NCBI GenBank assembly: GCA_038321985.1
Contig: JBBQFN010000022.1
Location: 22,441-86,440 of the forward strand
Direction of reading: 5' to 3'
From: Cyanophyceae cyanobacterium
Lineage (GTDB): Bacteria; Cyanobacteriota; Cyanobacteriia; Cyanobacteriales; Laspinemataceae
DNA length: 64,000 nucleotides
Shown here: piece after piece, positions 1 through 10,864 of the stretch
Numbering within the stretch: position 1 is the first letter of the stretch
How the letters are laid out: every line of letters begins with the position of its first letter
Translations under genes and position numbers: made by a program
Notes under the pieces: generated by a model
Databases searched by the model: none
Told to the model about the DNA's origin: nothing
Seen by the model: only the letters and a program-made list of their open reading frames with translations

Positions 1-527
1 AAAAATTGATGTAATAATTGGCCTTTATGAACATCCCAAACTTCGATCGCCCCGCCATCGCCGGAACTAACAAGAGTGTTTCCATCCGGAGAAAAGGTAA
101 GGGCGAGGACACGATTTTGATAGGTTTTCCAGTGGCGAATGCGTTTTTCAGCTTGCAAATCCCAGATTTCAATTCTCGGATCGTTTCTCCCCCCGCCAAG
201 GGCAATAAATCGGCCATCGGGACTAAAAGCTAGGGATTGAATGGTTGCCGATTCTCCTTCAATCGCCAGAAATAATTCAGGATTTTCCCAAGTTGGGGCG
301 ACTAGGCGATCGGGTTGCCCCTCCAAATCGGGATTCCTCTGTGTACTCAGGGAGGATACCGACTGCATGGAAGGGTCAGGAATAATCAGTTGCGGAGTAG
401 CCAGAGTTCTATACCCAGGGGAAAACACGGCAATTCCTAACAGTAAAGGTAGGGCCGGGATGCAGGCGATCGCCCCTGCTATCATACCTTTGGTGAGGTC
501 ACCTTTTTTTAATCTGAATTTTTTCAT
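1..527 (-). CDS. WD40-repeat protein with N-terminal hydrophobic segment (5' part; runs off the window start)
   Basis: Manual translation from ATG at 527: MKKFRLKK...IQSLAFSPDGRFIALGGGRNDPRIEIWD...VLALTFSPDGNTLVSSGDGGAIEVWD, two WD40 repeats. Absent from the ORF track because it has no stop in the window. Confidence 0.85.
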   Translation of the reverse strand, partial: MKKFRLKKGDLTKGMIAGAIACIPALPLLLGIAVFSPGYRTLATPQLIIPDPSMQSVSSLSTQRNPDLEGQPDRLVAPTWENPELFLAIEGESATIQSLAFSPDGRFIALGGGRNDPRIEIWDLQAEKRIRHWKTYQNRVLALTFSPDGNTLVSSGDGGAIEVWDVHKGQLLHQF

Positions 528-661
528 CCCGTTCACCGCTAATCAATTCAGAACCCACCCCTTCACCCTATTAGTTAATCCCACCCATTATTCATTCCCA
601 TTTTGCCCATTTATTCGGGCAGAATTGGAATAAAGATTTAGTCCCCATGAAGATAAAATTT

Positions 662-1087
662 TTACTGAATATTGGGGCAAATTGTATGAGCAATTCGGTC
701 CTGGGGGGGTTGTTCTTCCCAGCCTTTTAGAATACCTTTTAATTCTGAACGCAGAGTTTCTAACGACTGGATTTGTTCATCAATTGCAGCAACCTTTGCC
801 TCCAAATGATGGCGGACCTCTCCACAGGGTAACTCTCCGCGATCGTGAACCTGCAAAATTTCTTTGATTTCTGCCAAAGTTAATCCTAAAGATTGCGATC
901 GCTTAATAAAAGCCAGTCGATTCAGAACTGTGGTATCGAATAGCCGATAACCCGAGTCGGCCCGTTCTACGGTCGGTTCCAACAATCCAATTTCTTCATA
1001 GTAGCGAATCGTCTTGACCGGCAATCCCGAATTTGTAGACACTTCGCCAATTTTTAGAGATTTTTCACCCACCAAAATTTCTATCAT
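662..1087 (-). CDS. MerR-family heavy-metal-responsive transcriptional regulator
   Basis: KIGEVS...VKTIRYYEEIGLL MerR HTH, SGYRLF, LPC and C-terminal ICP cysteines. Confidence 0.9.
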   Translation of the reverse strand: MIEILVGEKSLKIGEVSTNSGLPVKTIRYYEEIGLLEPTVERADSGYRLFDTTVLNRLAFIKRSQSLGLTLAEIKEILQVHDRGELPCGEVRHHLEAKVAAIDEQIQSLETLRSELKGILKGWEEQPPQDRIAHTICPNIQ

Positions 1088-1126
1088 CTTGCGGTTGAAG
1101 CGAACATTATTAATAAAGTCAAACCC

Positions 1127-1423
1127 TTATTGCGGAGGATATTTTTTAGACGTCATCAATAAAGGGAGGGGTTGACGAGAAGAAGCGGGAGGTAGATAAT
1201 GTTCGGGCACTCGTTCAACATCTAAAGGCCGACTGCGCTGGAGTTGTAACCACCGCAAAGCCAACGCCGCACTGACGAGGACGATGCCAAAACTAAAAAG
1301 AGAAACACTGTGGTCTATTCCTCCAAGGGCGGCATCTACGGCACCGACAGTTACGATAAAGCTGGTAATGGGTTCTTGGCGGTAGGCCGACTTTAGAAAT
1401 CTAATCAGTCCAATATTCATCAT
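1127..1423 (-). CDS. small hypothetical membrane protein
   Basis: 98-aa ORF with two hydrophobic segments, co-oriented with merR. Confidence 0.7.
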   Translation of the reverse strand: MMNIGLIRFLKSAYRQEPITSFIVTVGAVDAALGGIDHSVSLFSFGIVLVSAALALRWLQLQRSRPLDVERVPEHYLPPASSRQPLPLLMTSKKYPPQ

Positions 1424-1764
1424 TGTGTTTCTGCGTTTGTAATTTTTCTGTAGTGGTTAAGATTTAAAGTGGAACCCCCCAGTTTACACGAGGGCCTGGC
1501 CCCTCCCCTCTTTCATTGTAACGTCTCAGTAGTTGATTGTACTGTATCGTTTGGGGACTGGGATAAAGGGGGCGACTGCTTGAGAAGGTAACCTGTTAAA
1601 CTCCGAGTGCAAACGGGTCAACCTCTTGATGATTTCTGCCTCGGTTTAACCGATTCCGGAGTTCTTCCCTTTCACCCGAAAGTCTGTCAATTCAACAGGA
1701 TACCCACCCTCAGAATCCTGTCGTCGGGTGGGGATTGCCCACCCTATCCTATATGGGGGATGAG

Positions 1765-1944
1765 CTAATTGAGCCCCAACCAGGAGAGCAATCCTTGTCC
1801 GGTGAGGTATTCGATTAGCAAAGTCAGGGCAAAACCAATCATAGCCGCCCGACCATTCAAGCGTTCAGCATACTGATTGAAGCCAAATTTAGGTTCTTCT
1901 AGCTTCGGGGAAACGGTAGGTACGGTAGGTTGGGGTTGTGTCAT
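1765..1944 (-). CDS. high-light-inducible protein (HLIP/CAB-like), 59 aa
   Basis: Manual translation MTQPQPTVPTVSPKLEEPKFGFNQYAERLNGRAAMIGFALTLLIEYLTGQGLLSWLGLN; contains the AERLNGRAAMIG chlorophyll-binding motif; below the ORF track size cutoff. Confidence 0.93.
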   Translation of the reverse strand: MTQPQPTVPTVSPKLEEPKFGFNQYAERLNGRAAMIGFALTLLIEYLTGQGLLSWLGLN

Positions 1945-1958
1945 GGTGAATCAGGTGA

Positions 1959-1976
1959 GTTACAATTCTTAACGAT
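1959..1976. promoter_or_regulatory. HLR1-like (RpaB-binding) direct repeat upstream of hli
   Basis: GTTACAAT-TC-TTAACGAT resembles (G/T)TTACA(T/A)(T/A)-N2 repeat; lies 15 bp upstream of the hli start. Confidence 0.5.
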
Positions 1977-2077
1977 TTATCATCTTCTATTGTAGAGAGA
2001 CCGAATCATTCGTCAACAACAATCCTTCTAAAATTTCCTAAGTTAGGCTATCACAACGGAATATCAAGAGGTTATTC

Positions 2078-3166
2078 ATGGAAATCGGCATCCCAAAAGA
2101 AACGAAGGATCGGGAATATCGGGTGGGGTTGAGTCCGAGTAGCGTCAGAGTGCTCACAGAAAATGGACATTCAGTTTTTATCGAAACTGAAGCCGGGGTC
2201 GGTTCTGGATTCGCCGATGAAGCGTATTTACAGGAAGGGGGAAAAATTGTCCCGACTGCCGCAGATGCCTGGAATCGCGAATTGGTGGTGAAGGTGAAGG
2301 AACCCTTGCCGTTGGAATATGGGTATTTGCACAAAGAACAACTGTTGTTTACCTACCTACATTTAGCCGCCGATCGCAAATTAACAGAAACCCTAATCGA
2401 AAGTGGTGTCTGTGCGATCGCCTATGAAACCGTCGAACTCCCGGATAGACGACTGCCTCTGCTGACCCCCATGAGCATTATTGCCGGTCGTCTCTCCGTG
2501 CAATTTGGTGCGAGATACCTGGAACGGCAGCAAGGGGGACGCGGGGTCCTGTTAGGGGGAGTTCCCGGGGTCAAACCCGGCCATGTTGTCATCCTGGGCG
2601 GGGGCATCGTCGGCACAGAAGCGGCACGAATGGCAGTCGGAATGGGTGCAAGAGTGAAAATTTTGGATATCAACGTCGATCGCCTCGCCTATCTGGAAAG
2701 TCTGTTTGGGTCCCGAGTTGAACTGCTATATAGCGAGTCCTTGCAAATTGAAACCAGCGTTCCGGATGCCGACTTACTCATTGGTGCAGTCCTTGTTCCT
2801 GGACGTCGTGCTCCGATTTTAGTCCCGCGTCAGCTTGTAGAAAAGATGCGTCCTGGTTCGGTGATTGTTGATGTGGCGGTAGATCAAGGGGGTTGTGTAG
2901 AAACTTTGCATCCCACCTCCCATACCAATCCCATTTATGTTGAAGCGGGAGTGCTGCATTATGGCGTACCGAATATGCCCGGTGCTGTACCTTGGACGGC
3001 AACCCAAGCACTTAATAATAGTACCTTACCCTATGTAGTGAAATTAGCCAAGTATGGGAAAAAAGCCCTGGAATTAGATAACGCATTAGTCAAAGGGCTA
3101 AATGTACATAATCATCAACTGGTGCATCCTGACGTCCAGCACAGTTTCCCTGATTTAGCGCCGTAG
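2078..3166 (+). CDS. ald: alanine dehydrogenase
   Basis: MEIGIPKE..E.RV, GGRGVLLGGVPGV, GGGIVG Rossmann motif, DVAVDQGGC, VPNMPGAVP. Confidence 0.96.
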   Translation: MEIGIPKETKDREYRVGLSPSSVRVLTENGHSVFIETEAGVGSGFADEAYLQEGGKIVPTAADAWNRELVVKVKEPLPLEYGYLHKEQLLFTYLHLAADRKLTETLIESGVCAIAYETVELPDRRLPLLTPMSIIAGRLSVQFGARYLERQQGGRGVLLGGVPGVKPGHVVILGGGIVGTEAARMAVGMGARVKILDINVDRLAYLESLFGSRVELLYSESLQIETSVPDADLLIGAVLVPGRRAPILVPRQLVEKMRPGSVIVDVAVDQGGCVETLHPTSHTNPIYVEAGVLHYGVPNMPGAVPWTATQALNNSTLPYVVKLAKYGKKALELDNALVKGLNVHNHQLVHPDVQHSFPDLAP

Positions 3167-3178
3167 AAATTTAAAAAA

Positions 3179-3207
3179 GCTAGAGGATTGCTGCGGATTC
3201 CTCTAGC
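3179..3207. terminator. hairpin after ald
   Basis: GCTAGAGGA...TCCTCTAGC stem flanked by A runs. Confidence 0.55.
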
Positions 3208-3249
3208 AAAAAATTAGGTTTAGGGGAATATCAAGAAAGGGGAAAAGGA

Positions 3250-3855
3250 ATGATAATTTTTTTAGAAACCGAGCGTTTAATTCTGCGGTATTTTACCCCA
3301 AATGACTGCGATATCCTATTAAATTTAGATAATGACTCGGCTGTGATGCGCTACATTAATGGCGGAATTACTTCCGATTTAGCGGGTACTAAAGAATGGT
3401 TAGGCAGAATTTTACAGTATTATCAAAACTATGAAAATTTGGGTTTTTGGGCCACTCATGAAAAAGTCACTGGAGAATTTATCGGCTGGTTTCACTTTTA
3501 CCCGGCCATTATGAACACATTTGGGGTGGAAGCGAATTTAGTCAAGGAGGGAGAAATTGCCCTAGGATATCGCTTGCGCCAGTCAAGTTGGGGAAAAGGA
3601 TATGGGACAGAAGGAGCGCGATCGCTGCGGGATAAAGGGTTTAATGAGTGGGGGGTAACCCGAATAATCGCTTGGGCATTACAAGCCAATCAAGCCTCTG
3701 TTCGAGTTATGGAAAAAATCGGGTTAGAATTTGAATGTGACTATCAATTAAAACCTCATCAATTGCCAGCCTTAAAACAACCAGAAGAACGGCTAATTGT
3801 TAAGTATGGTTGCGATAAAAATCAGTTTTTATCCAAAAAAACCATAAAAAGTTAG
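3250..3855 (+). CDS. GNAT family N-acetyltransferase (RimJ/RimL-like)
   Basis: LETERLILR, LGYRL...WGKGYGTE, N.AS.RVMEKIG. Confidence 0.9.
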   Translation: MIIFLETERLILRYFTPNDCDILLNLDNDSAVMRYINGGITSDLAGTKEWLGRILQYYQNYENLGFWATHEKVTGEFIGWFHFYPAIMNTFGVEANLVKEGEIALGYRLRQSSWGKGYGTEGARSLRDKGFNEWGVTRIIAWALQANQASVRVMEKIGLEFECDYQLKPHQLPALKQPEERLIVKYGCDKNQFLSKKTIKS

Positions 3856-3995
3856 CCCGGATAAAACCATCGTGGGGTTATTTTATTAAAGAGTATAAAA
3901 TTAAAGAAATTTTATTAAGTTTCGGGTAATCTTTGATGAATTTTAAAAAGTTAGCCTTTATTCTGCCTTGGATTAAAAGAAATCTTTAATTAATT

Positions 3996-5918
3996 TTAAT
4001 TTGAGGAATTGCGGACTGGGAGCATAATTTCTAAAGTAGTCCCTTCTCCTAGCTTTGAACGACAACTCAGCGTTCCATTATGCTTTTGAACAATCGTTTC
4101 ATAGCTAGTATAAAGTCCTAATCCTGTACCTTGACCTACAGGCTTAGTCGTAAAAAATGGGTCAAAAATTTTAGCCTCAACAGCGCTATCAATACCGCCG
4201 CCATTATCGGTAATAGCAATCAGAATGCGATCGCCCTCTAGTGCCTGGGTTTGAATATGAATCCTTCCCTGATGAGGGCTTGTAGTTGCTTTAATTGCAT
4301 CAATAGCATTAGTGAAAAGATTCATAAACACTTGATTAATCTCCCCAGCTAAACATTCAACCGGAGGGAGTGTGCTGTAGTCTTTTATGACCTCAATCTG
4401 ATCACCGGAAGACTCAGAGCCCTGGATTCGATGTTGTAGAATTAGCAGGGTACTTTCCAATCCTTCGTGAATATCTACGGCTTTAAGCTGGGATTCATCT
4501 AACCGAGAAAAGTTTCGGAGACTTAAGACGATCCGCTGGATGCGATCGGCCCCAGATTTCATGGAATTGAGCAGTTTAAATAAATCTTTTTTGATGAATT
4601 GTAGGTCTATTTGAGTTTCCAACTCAATAATTTCGGATGCAGGTTCGGGATTTTTTTCTTGATAGAGGGATAACAAGTCTAAAATATCTTGAAAGTAATC
4701 TGTAGCCGGAGAGAGATTACTATAGATAAAACTAACAGGATTATTAATTTCATGGGCAATGCCAGCGACTAACTGGCCTAAACTCGTCATTTTTTCATTA
4801 TGAATCAATTGGCCTTGAGTTTGCTTGAGTTGACGTAAGGCGCTAGAGAGGGAATCTGCTTTTTCTTTTAAATAAACTCCTTGGCATTGGAGTTGTTGAT
4901 TCGCTTCAGAAAGTTCTTGGGTACGTGCGATGACCCGCGATTCCAGTTCGGCTTTGGCTTGTTTTAAACCCTCTAAAGCATGGCGGCGTTCCTGGAGTAC
5001 AGCGATTAGAACCAGGGTTGTTACAGAGATTACTCCAATAAATGATTCTAAAAAAAGTAAAGAGGCGTTGAGACTATCTCGGACAAAGGAACTGCGATTT
5101 AAAATTGTGCCAGCGATCGCCATCAATCCTGTTAAGGCGATCGCTAAAGTGGTCCAGCGTTCCGAAAAGCGAAATGCCGCCCAACCCAACAAAGGAATCA
5201 TTAAATATTCCACGGGATAGCCATACCAAAAGGTTAAACTCACCACCCCATCAAACAGCAAAAACCAACCCAAACTTTCCAGACGTAGAGAGTGCAATTC
5301 CTGCCTCACAATTTCCCTGAAGCGAGAGAAAATTGGGGTCCCCTTGCGCTGATGCCAAGTGGGAATTAAAAAGTGATGCCAAGTCAACAAGACCGGGGTA
5401 AAAATCAGCACCCCAGCCACATTAGAAACCCACCAAGTCACCCAGGACCGGCCAAAATCGGGCCAATTTATCCATTGCGCCACACAAAGGGTGAGAATGC
5501 CCACGGTGGCACTGATAATTTGAGCGGCGATCGCCCCGCAACCCACAAAGATAAATACCTCATTTGCCCGATAAAACGGATAGCGAGTGTGAGTAAAGCG
5601 TCGAATCAAAGCAGCCCCCCACAGAGGACTTAGGGTATTTCCTACCGCTGTAATTGCCGCGATCGCCAGACTAATCGGGGTGGGATTTAACAACACCGAA
5701 ATGCCAAAAGAACCCAAAGCAATACCGGGCCAAACCCGGTTTCCCCAGATCAGAATTGCCGCCAAACCCACCCCGGCAGGAATCCAAACTGCCGTCACAT
5801 CACCGGGAAGGACGGCTAATTTGAGTCCAAGTATGCCCAAAACACAGTAAAAAAGGGCAATCCCAGGGATTAATAGGACATTTTGTGGGAACTGAACCGA
5901 GCCTAGTTTTCTCTTCAT
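3996..5918 (-). CDS. MASE1-domain sensor histidine kinase
   Basis: N-terminal multi-TM region with VWIPAG; H-box GIAHEINNP; N-box NLFTNAIDA; DNGGG, FDPFFTTK, GTGLGL. Confidence 0.9.
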   Translation of the reverse strand: MKRKLGSVQFPQNVLLIPGIALFYCVLGILGLKLAVLPGDVTAVWIPAGVGLAAILIWGNRVWPGIALGSFGISVLLNPTPISLAIAAITAVGNTLSPLWGAALIRRFTHTRYPFYRANEVFIFVGCGAIAAQIISATVGILTLCVAQWINWPDFGRSWVTWWVSNVAGVLIFTPVLLTWHHFLIPTWHQRKGTPIFSRFREIVRQELHSLRLESLGWFLLFDGVVSLTFWYGYPVEYLMIPLLGWAAFRFSERWTTLAIALTGLMAIAGTILNRSSFVRDSLNASLLFLESFIGVISVTTLVLIAVLQERRHALEGLKQAKAELESRVIARTQELSEANQQLQCQGVYLKEKADSLSSALRQLKQTQGQLIHNEKMTSLGQLVAGIAHEINNPVSFIYSNLSPATDYFQDILDLLSLYQEKNPEPASEIIELETQIDLQFIKKDLFKLLNSMKSGADRIQRIVLSLRNFSRLDESQLKAVDIHEGLESTLLILQHRIQGSESSGDQIEVIKDYSTLPPVECLAGEINQVFMNLFTNAIDAIKATTSPHQGRIHIQTQALEGDRILIAITDNGGGIDSAVEAKIFDPFFTTKPVGQGTGLGLYTSYETIVQKHNGTLSCRSKLGEGTTLEIMLPVRNSSN

Positions 5919-6342
5919 CTGACACTTCGGAGGGGACTCTCGTCCCTAAAAGATAGTCACTTAATGCCTATCTTATCGGCAATTTTAAAAATAGCAAGGT
6001 CTGAAAAAGCCTAAATTGTCCCCTAGTTTTAGAGAGGGGTTGTTGAGTCTATTTCCAGGGTGACCTCTTCATAAAGTTCACGCCACGACACGGTTAACTT
6101 GAAACTGGGCAGACTAAACCTGGATACAGTTGGGGTAGGAGTTGGACAAAGCCCCCCTCCTTGCTCATTTTTAATATTTGCTCTAATTCGTTTTGTGAAT
6201 CCTCGCTCTGCCTCGATTGGGTCCTGCTGTGCTTGTTTTAAAAACGGGTATAAATATTTTATTTTAACCCCGGTCAAAACCCGTGCCTTGATCAACCGAA
6301 AGGGTGCATTATCTTAAGCCTAACGCACCCCTCCTCCATGGT

Positions 6343-8997
6343 TTAACTCTTTTTCTTCGCGGTAGAAGTCGTGGATTTTTTCGTAGTAGTCCCCGCCGAT
6401 TTTGCCTTACTGGTGGTTTTTGATTTGCTACTACTCTTGGTCTTAGAAGTAGATGCTTTCGCTGCTAACAATTCAACAGCTTGTGCCAAGGTGACATCTT
6501 CTACTGTTGTCCCTTCGGGCACTGAGGCATTGGTTTTACCGTGCTTCACGTAGGGTCCATAGGGGCCGTCGTAAACATTCACGGCTTCGTCATCTGCCGG
6601 ATGTTTGCCGAGTTCCCGGAGTGGTTCTTTGGCTTTGCTGTTTTTACTACTCCGTCCTTTTTTCGGTTCGGCTAATAACTCTAATGCGCGAGGTAGGGTA
6701 ACGGTTAGGACATCATCTCCCGCTTTCAAGGACCGATATTCTTTGTCGTCTTTACCGCGATCGCAAACTACATAAGGTCCAAATCGTCCTAAACTGGCTT
6801 GGATTTTGCCACCGTTTTCGGGATGAACACCCAAGGTGCGCGGTAAGGCTAGTAGGCCCACGGCTTGATCTAAACTCACGTTTTCCGCAGTGACGCCTTT
6901 CGGCAGGGAAGCGCGTTTTGGTTTTTTATTCTCCTCGGTGGCTTCTCCGAGTTGAACGTAGGGTCCAAATTTGCCAATGATGATATAAATCGGCATCCCC
7001 GTAGTGGGGTCAGTTCCCAGTTGATCCGGTCCTTCGGTTTTTTGTTTGAGAATCAGTTGGACTTGTTCGGGGTCCAGGTCTGAGGGGGTGAGGTCCTTGG
7101 GAATGGAGGCGGTGACGACTCCATTTCCATTATCTACTTCGATATAAGGTCCATAGCGACCGATACGAACTTTGGCATCTAAATTTTCTAATTCGACGCT
7201 ACGGGCCTGGTTGGGGTCGATCGCACTTTCTTGTTGCTTGACTTGGGTCTCCAGTCCGTTTTCCCCCAGATAAAATTTCTGGAGATAAGGCAACCAGGCG
7301 GCTTCTCCGGTGGAAATGTCATCTAGAGTGCGTTCCATTTTGGCCGTAAACCCTGGATCCACCAATTCTGGAAAATATTTTTCCAATAAATCGGTGACGG
7401 CAAAGGCGGTGAAGGTGGGAATCAAGGCATTGCCTTTCAGGATGGAATAGCCACGGTCAATAATGGTGCTGATGATACTGGCATAGGTACTCGGACGCCC
7501 GATGCCTTCGCTTTCTAAGGTTTTGACCAGGGAGGCTTCGGTATATCGGGCAGGGGGTTGAGTTTCATGGCCGACTGCTTCGATGGTCTGGCAGTTGGGG
7601 CGATCGCCAACTTTCAACGCCGGCAGAATCACCTCTTGGTCCTCCAGGGCCGCATCTGGGTCGTCTGAACCCTCGACATACGCCCGCAAAAATCCCGGGA
7701 AATCGATGCGCTTGCCACTGGACCGAAATCCTGCATTTTCTACCTGCAAATCCACCACAACAATGGTTTGACGAGCATCTGCCATCTGGCTAGCAACGGT
7801 GCGCTTCCAAATCAAATCATAGAGTTGCAATTCCCGTCCCGAGAGGGGGGTTTGTTGGGGAGTGCGGAAGCTACTTCCTGCCGGGCGAATGGCTTCATGA
7901 GCTTCCTGTGCCCCTTTGCTCTTGGTCGCATATTGGCGGGGTTTGGGGCTGAGATATTCTTTCCCATACATTTCTTCAACACAAGACCGCGCTGCGGTGA
8001 GGGCCTGTGCTGATAAATGCACCGAGTCAGTTCTCATGTAGGTGATATACCCATTTTCATAGAGACTTTGGGCGATTTTCATCGTATCCCGTGCCGATAG
8101 CCGCAGTTTGCGGTTGGCCTCCTGTTGGAGAGTGGAGGTGGTAAATGGAGGGGAGGGTTTACGGGTGGTGGGGCGTTCCTCAACTTTGGCGACTTGCCAA
8201 GGTTTGCCAGTGAGTTGAGTGACCAAGGCCCGGGCTTGTTCTTCGTTGAGGAGAACGACATTACGACCGACGATAATTTGGCCGGTTGATTCATCAAAGT
8301 CGCTGCCGGTGGCAACTTTGCGATCGCCCACGGTGACGAGTTTGGTATCAAACGGGGTTTTTACCTGGACTAATTTCGCTTTTAAATCCCAATAGGACCC
8401 TTGACGGAAGGCGCGCCGCTGCCGTTCTCGTTGCACCAACAGACGCACTGCCACAGACTGCACCCGACCGGCAGATAACCCCGAAGCGATTTTTTTCCAC
8501 AACAGCGGCGAGAGTGTGTAACCTACCAAACGGTCTAAAATCCGCCTTGTTTCTTGGGCGTGGACCAGTTGGTGATCAATGGTACGGCAATTGTTCAGGG
8601 CATCCCGAATCGCCTCTCGGGTGATTTCGTGAAACACCATCCGTTTAATCGGCACTTTAGGCTTGAGCACTTGTTGCAGATGCCAACTAATACTTTCTCC
8701 TTCCCGGTCTTCGTCTGTTGCCAGAATCAACTCATCGGCATCTTTTAGGGCATCTCTGAGGGTTTTGACGACTTTTTGCTTGGTTTTGGGGATGACGTAG
8801 AGTGGCTCAAAATCGGCTTCTACATTCACCCCAAGCGATGCCCATTTTTCCTCTTTGACTTGTTCGGGAATTTCGTCCGCGGATGAGGGCAGATCGCGCA
8901 CGTGACCCATCGATGCCTCTACGCGATAGTCGTTCGGGAGGAAGTTCCGAATCGTGCGGGCTTTGGTTGGAGATTCGACGATTACGAGGGTTGACAT
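6343..8997 (-). CDS. topA: type IA DNA topoisomerase I
   Basis: [44 protein letters not shown]-terminal GRYGPY/GKFGPY repeats. Confidence 0.97.
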   Translation of the reverse strand: MSTLVIVESPTKARTIRNFLPNDYRVEASMGHVRDLPSSADEIPEQVKEEKWASLGVNVEADFEPLYVIPKTKQKVVKTLRDALKDADELILATDEDREGESISWHLQQVLKPKVPIKRMVFHEITREAIRDALNNCRTIDHQLVHAQETRRILDRLVGYTLSPLLWKKIASGLSAGRVQSVAVRLLVQRERQRRAFRQGSYWDLKAKLVQVKTPFDTKLVTVGDRKVATGSDFDESTGQIIVGRNVVLLNEEQARALVTQLTGKPWQVAKVEERPTTRKPSPPFTTSTLQQEANRKLRLSARDTMKIAQSLYENGYITYMRTDSVHLSAQALTAARSCVEEMYGKEYLSPKPRQYATKSKGAQEAHEAIRPAGSSFRTPQQTPLSGRELQLYDLIWKRTVASQMADARQTIVVVDLQVENAGFRSSGKRIDFPGFLRAYVEGSDDPDAALEDQEVILPALKVGDRPNCQTIEAVGHETQPPARYTEASLVKTLESEGIGRPSTYASIISTIIDRGYSILKGNALIPTFTAFAVTDLLEKYFPELVDPGFTAKMERTLDDISTGEAAWLPYLQKFYLGENGLETQVKQQESAIDPNQARSVELENLDAKVRIGRYGPYIEVDNGNGVVTASIPKDLTPSDLDPEQVQLILKQKTEGPDQLGTDPTTGMPIYIIIGKFGPYVQLGEATEENKKPKRASLPKGVTAENVSLDQAVGLLALPRTLGVHPENGGKIQASLGRFGPYVVCDRGKDDKEYRSLKAGDDVLTVTLPRALELLAEPKKGRSSKNSKAKEPLRELGKHPADDEAVNVYDGPYGPYVKHGKTNASVPEGTTVEDVTLAQAVELLAAKASTSKTKSSSKSKTTSKAKSAGTTTKKSTTSTAKKKS

Positions 8998-10048
8998 GGC
9001 ACCTTTTTGGGATAGCAGCTTGGTAGAACGTCAGCTTTAGAGCTTTTTGGGGGAGATGTCAAGGGGACAAGGGGGCATCGGTGGGGGTCAGAGGCAAGTG
9101 CCTCTACTAAAACAGTATGGCGCAGCGAGTTTCAACTTATGGTGTGGTTTGAATGCTGTGCCGATCTCTATTTATATCCGATCTCGCAAGAGTGGCAGAT
9201 TTATTGGCAGTATCAGCACCGCTTGGGGTGGGGACGCTTGCGGAAAAGCGCTTTTCTCGGTGGGTTTGATAAAAATGCGATCGCCCCCATGCTTGCTACC
9301 CGTATGCACCATTAAGAACAAGCTCCTTAAACTGACCCTAGCATAAGTGGACGGAACTGGGGATGAAAAACCCGGGTGAGTGGATCAAGGGTGACTCTAC
9401 TCTGGCGTCTTCAGGGATGCAGCAGCAGACCTAGGGACCCGCTAGATGGGTTCGGGGAATCGGTGCTTTTCCTGTTTTACCCGGATGAAACAAGATTCAA
9501 TTAACCTGGACAGTAGGGATAAATCTAGGTCTGAGAATCGAATTAGAAGTCAGAAACCGGAACCCGAAACATTGAGAGGGATTGAGGGTAAAAACTGGTG
9601 CTAAATTGTCTATTCCCCTAAGCCAATTGACTAACATCAAGCCGCTGCAACTTTTAAAAGTGTTTGCACTGATATTGGACAACCCCAAGCCAAAATTTAT
9701 TACTTTCTCAATATTTGGGATAACCCACTCGAATCGATGGGTCTATCAACCCTAGCCCTGTCAAGGTGTATTTATTTGTAGGGGCGCTTCTTTAAGCGCC
9801 TCTACAAGAAACAATGATTTTTCGTCATCAAATTTACCTCCTGGACAGGCGATTACTCTCGCGCCCCTACAAAAAACAACGATTTTTCGTCATTAAATTT
9901 ACCACCTTGACAGGGCTAGGGCTAGAGCACTCCAAGTGAACACGGTTTTGTCAACTACAATTTATACAGAATAAGTATGATTGCCCTGCCATACTTATTC
10001 ATCCAGGGAACCCTGTAAACCTAATATTGGAGGAAGTGCCGAAGAAAG

Positions 10049-10405
10049 ATGAAAACAGAATCAAGGATTTTTTCGGTTGCAGAATATATTCGCCCGTCTG
10101 ACGACGAACCGATTCGTTCAGTGGTTCTCGAAACCAAAGACTCTGCCGTTGTTGTTTGGTATGCCCATCCTGGGCAAGAAATAGCCCCTCATGTCCATCC
10201 TCATGGCCAAGATACTTGGACGGTTATCGCGGGTGAGGCCGAGTATTACCAAGGTGATGGCATAGTCACTCGTCTTAATGCTGGAGATATTACCATAGCA
10301 AAACCTGGGCAAGTGCATGGTGCAATAAACTCCGGCCCCGTACCTTTCATTTTTGTTTCAGTAGTTTCACCGGGCAATGCCGGATTTGCGTTGGCTGAGA
10401 AGTAG
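10049..10405 (+). CDS. cupin domain protein
   Basis: HVHPHGQD and GQVHGAIN cupin motifs; GGAGG SD upstream. Confidence 0.88.
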   Translation: MKTESRIFSVAEYIRPSDDEPIRSVVLETKDSAVVVWYAHPGQEIAPHVHPHGQDTWTVIAGEAEYYQGDGIVTRLNAGDITIAKPGQVHGAINSGPVPFIFVSVVSPGNAGFALAEK

Positions 10406-10420
10406 ACATTCACCCGATAG

Positions 10421-10530
10421 GGCACTGGTCTGGTAAGCGATGAAGTGTAAAATGGTTTGTAGTGCAATTACCCCAAAGCTATGGATTGTCCTCACTGTCA
10501 GAGCCACCAGGCCAGTAAACTGTCGCCAAC
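10421..10530 (+). pseudogene. possible IS6-like left end and transposase N-terminal remnant
   Basis: GGCACTGG start similar to IS6-family ends, followed by ATG at 10481 encoding MDCPHCQS (CxxC). Confidence 0.4.
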
Positions 10531-10584
10531 TCGGAGGAGGCGGCAATTTCTCAATCCCATCGGGTGACGATTTCCTTGAAAGAT

Positions 10585-10707
10585 TGGCTAAAGTTTCTAA
10601 AGCAACCCAGAGGTCCCAAGAAGAAAAAAGGACCTCCCATTTATGATCCTAAACATCCCCACCTGTCCACTTTTCGACTTTTACACCCCTCTCACAATTC
10701 ACCTTGA
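10585..10707 (+). pseudogene. C-terminal remnant of an IS4-family-like transposase
   Basis: WLKFLKQPRGPKKKKGPPIYDPKHPHLSTFRLLHPSHNSP*; the stop TGA lies inside the right TIR; the PRGPKK...PH.ST.RLL tail is recalled from IS4-type transposases. Confidence 0.6.
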
Positions 10708-10754
10708 CAGGGCTAGTCTATCAACCCGGATAGACGCGAGTAACCAATCGCTTC

Positions 10755-10864
10755 GGGAGCATCTCAATTTTGCCTAAAAACCAGTCTGAATCTCTTTCTC
10801 CCCCTTCCCTCGTAGGGAAGGGGGCACCGGCGGTTAGGTCTCTTGAACAAATTGAGATGCTCCC
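10755..10864. mobile_element. MITE (110 bp) with 8-bp target duplication
   Basis: TIRs GGGAGCATCTCAATTT / AAATTGAGATGCTCCC; ATCGCTTC duplicated at 10747-10754 and 10865-10872; internal CCCCCTTCCCT/AGGGAAGGGGG palindrome. Confidence 0.85.

Larger units (their letters stand above)
9752..10716 (+). mobile_element. non-autonomous IS4-type element carrying a cupin cargo gene
   Basis: 17-bp perfect TIRs CTAGCCCTGTCAAGGTG (9752-9768) and CACCTTGACAGGGCTAG (10700-10716); 10-bp direct repeat TCTATCAACC at 9742-9751 and 10717-10726; extra internal right TIR at 9903-9919. Confidence 0.8.

Noticed and set aside
9945..9958. GGTTTTGTCAACTA as a partner IS6 end enclosing the cupin
   Set aside because: Orientation and sequence do not pair convincingly with the GGCACTGG end at 10421
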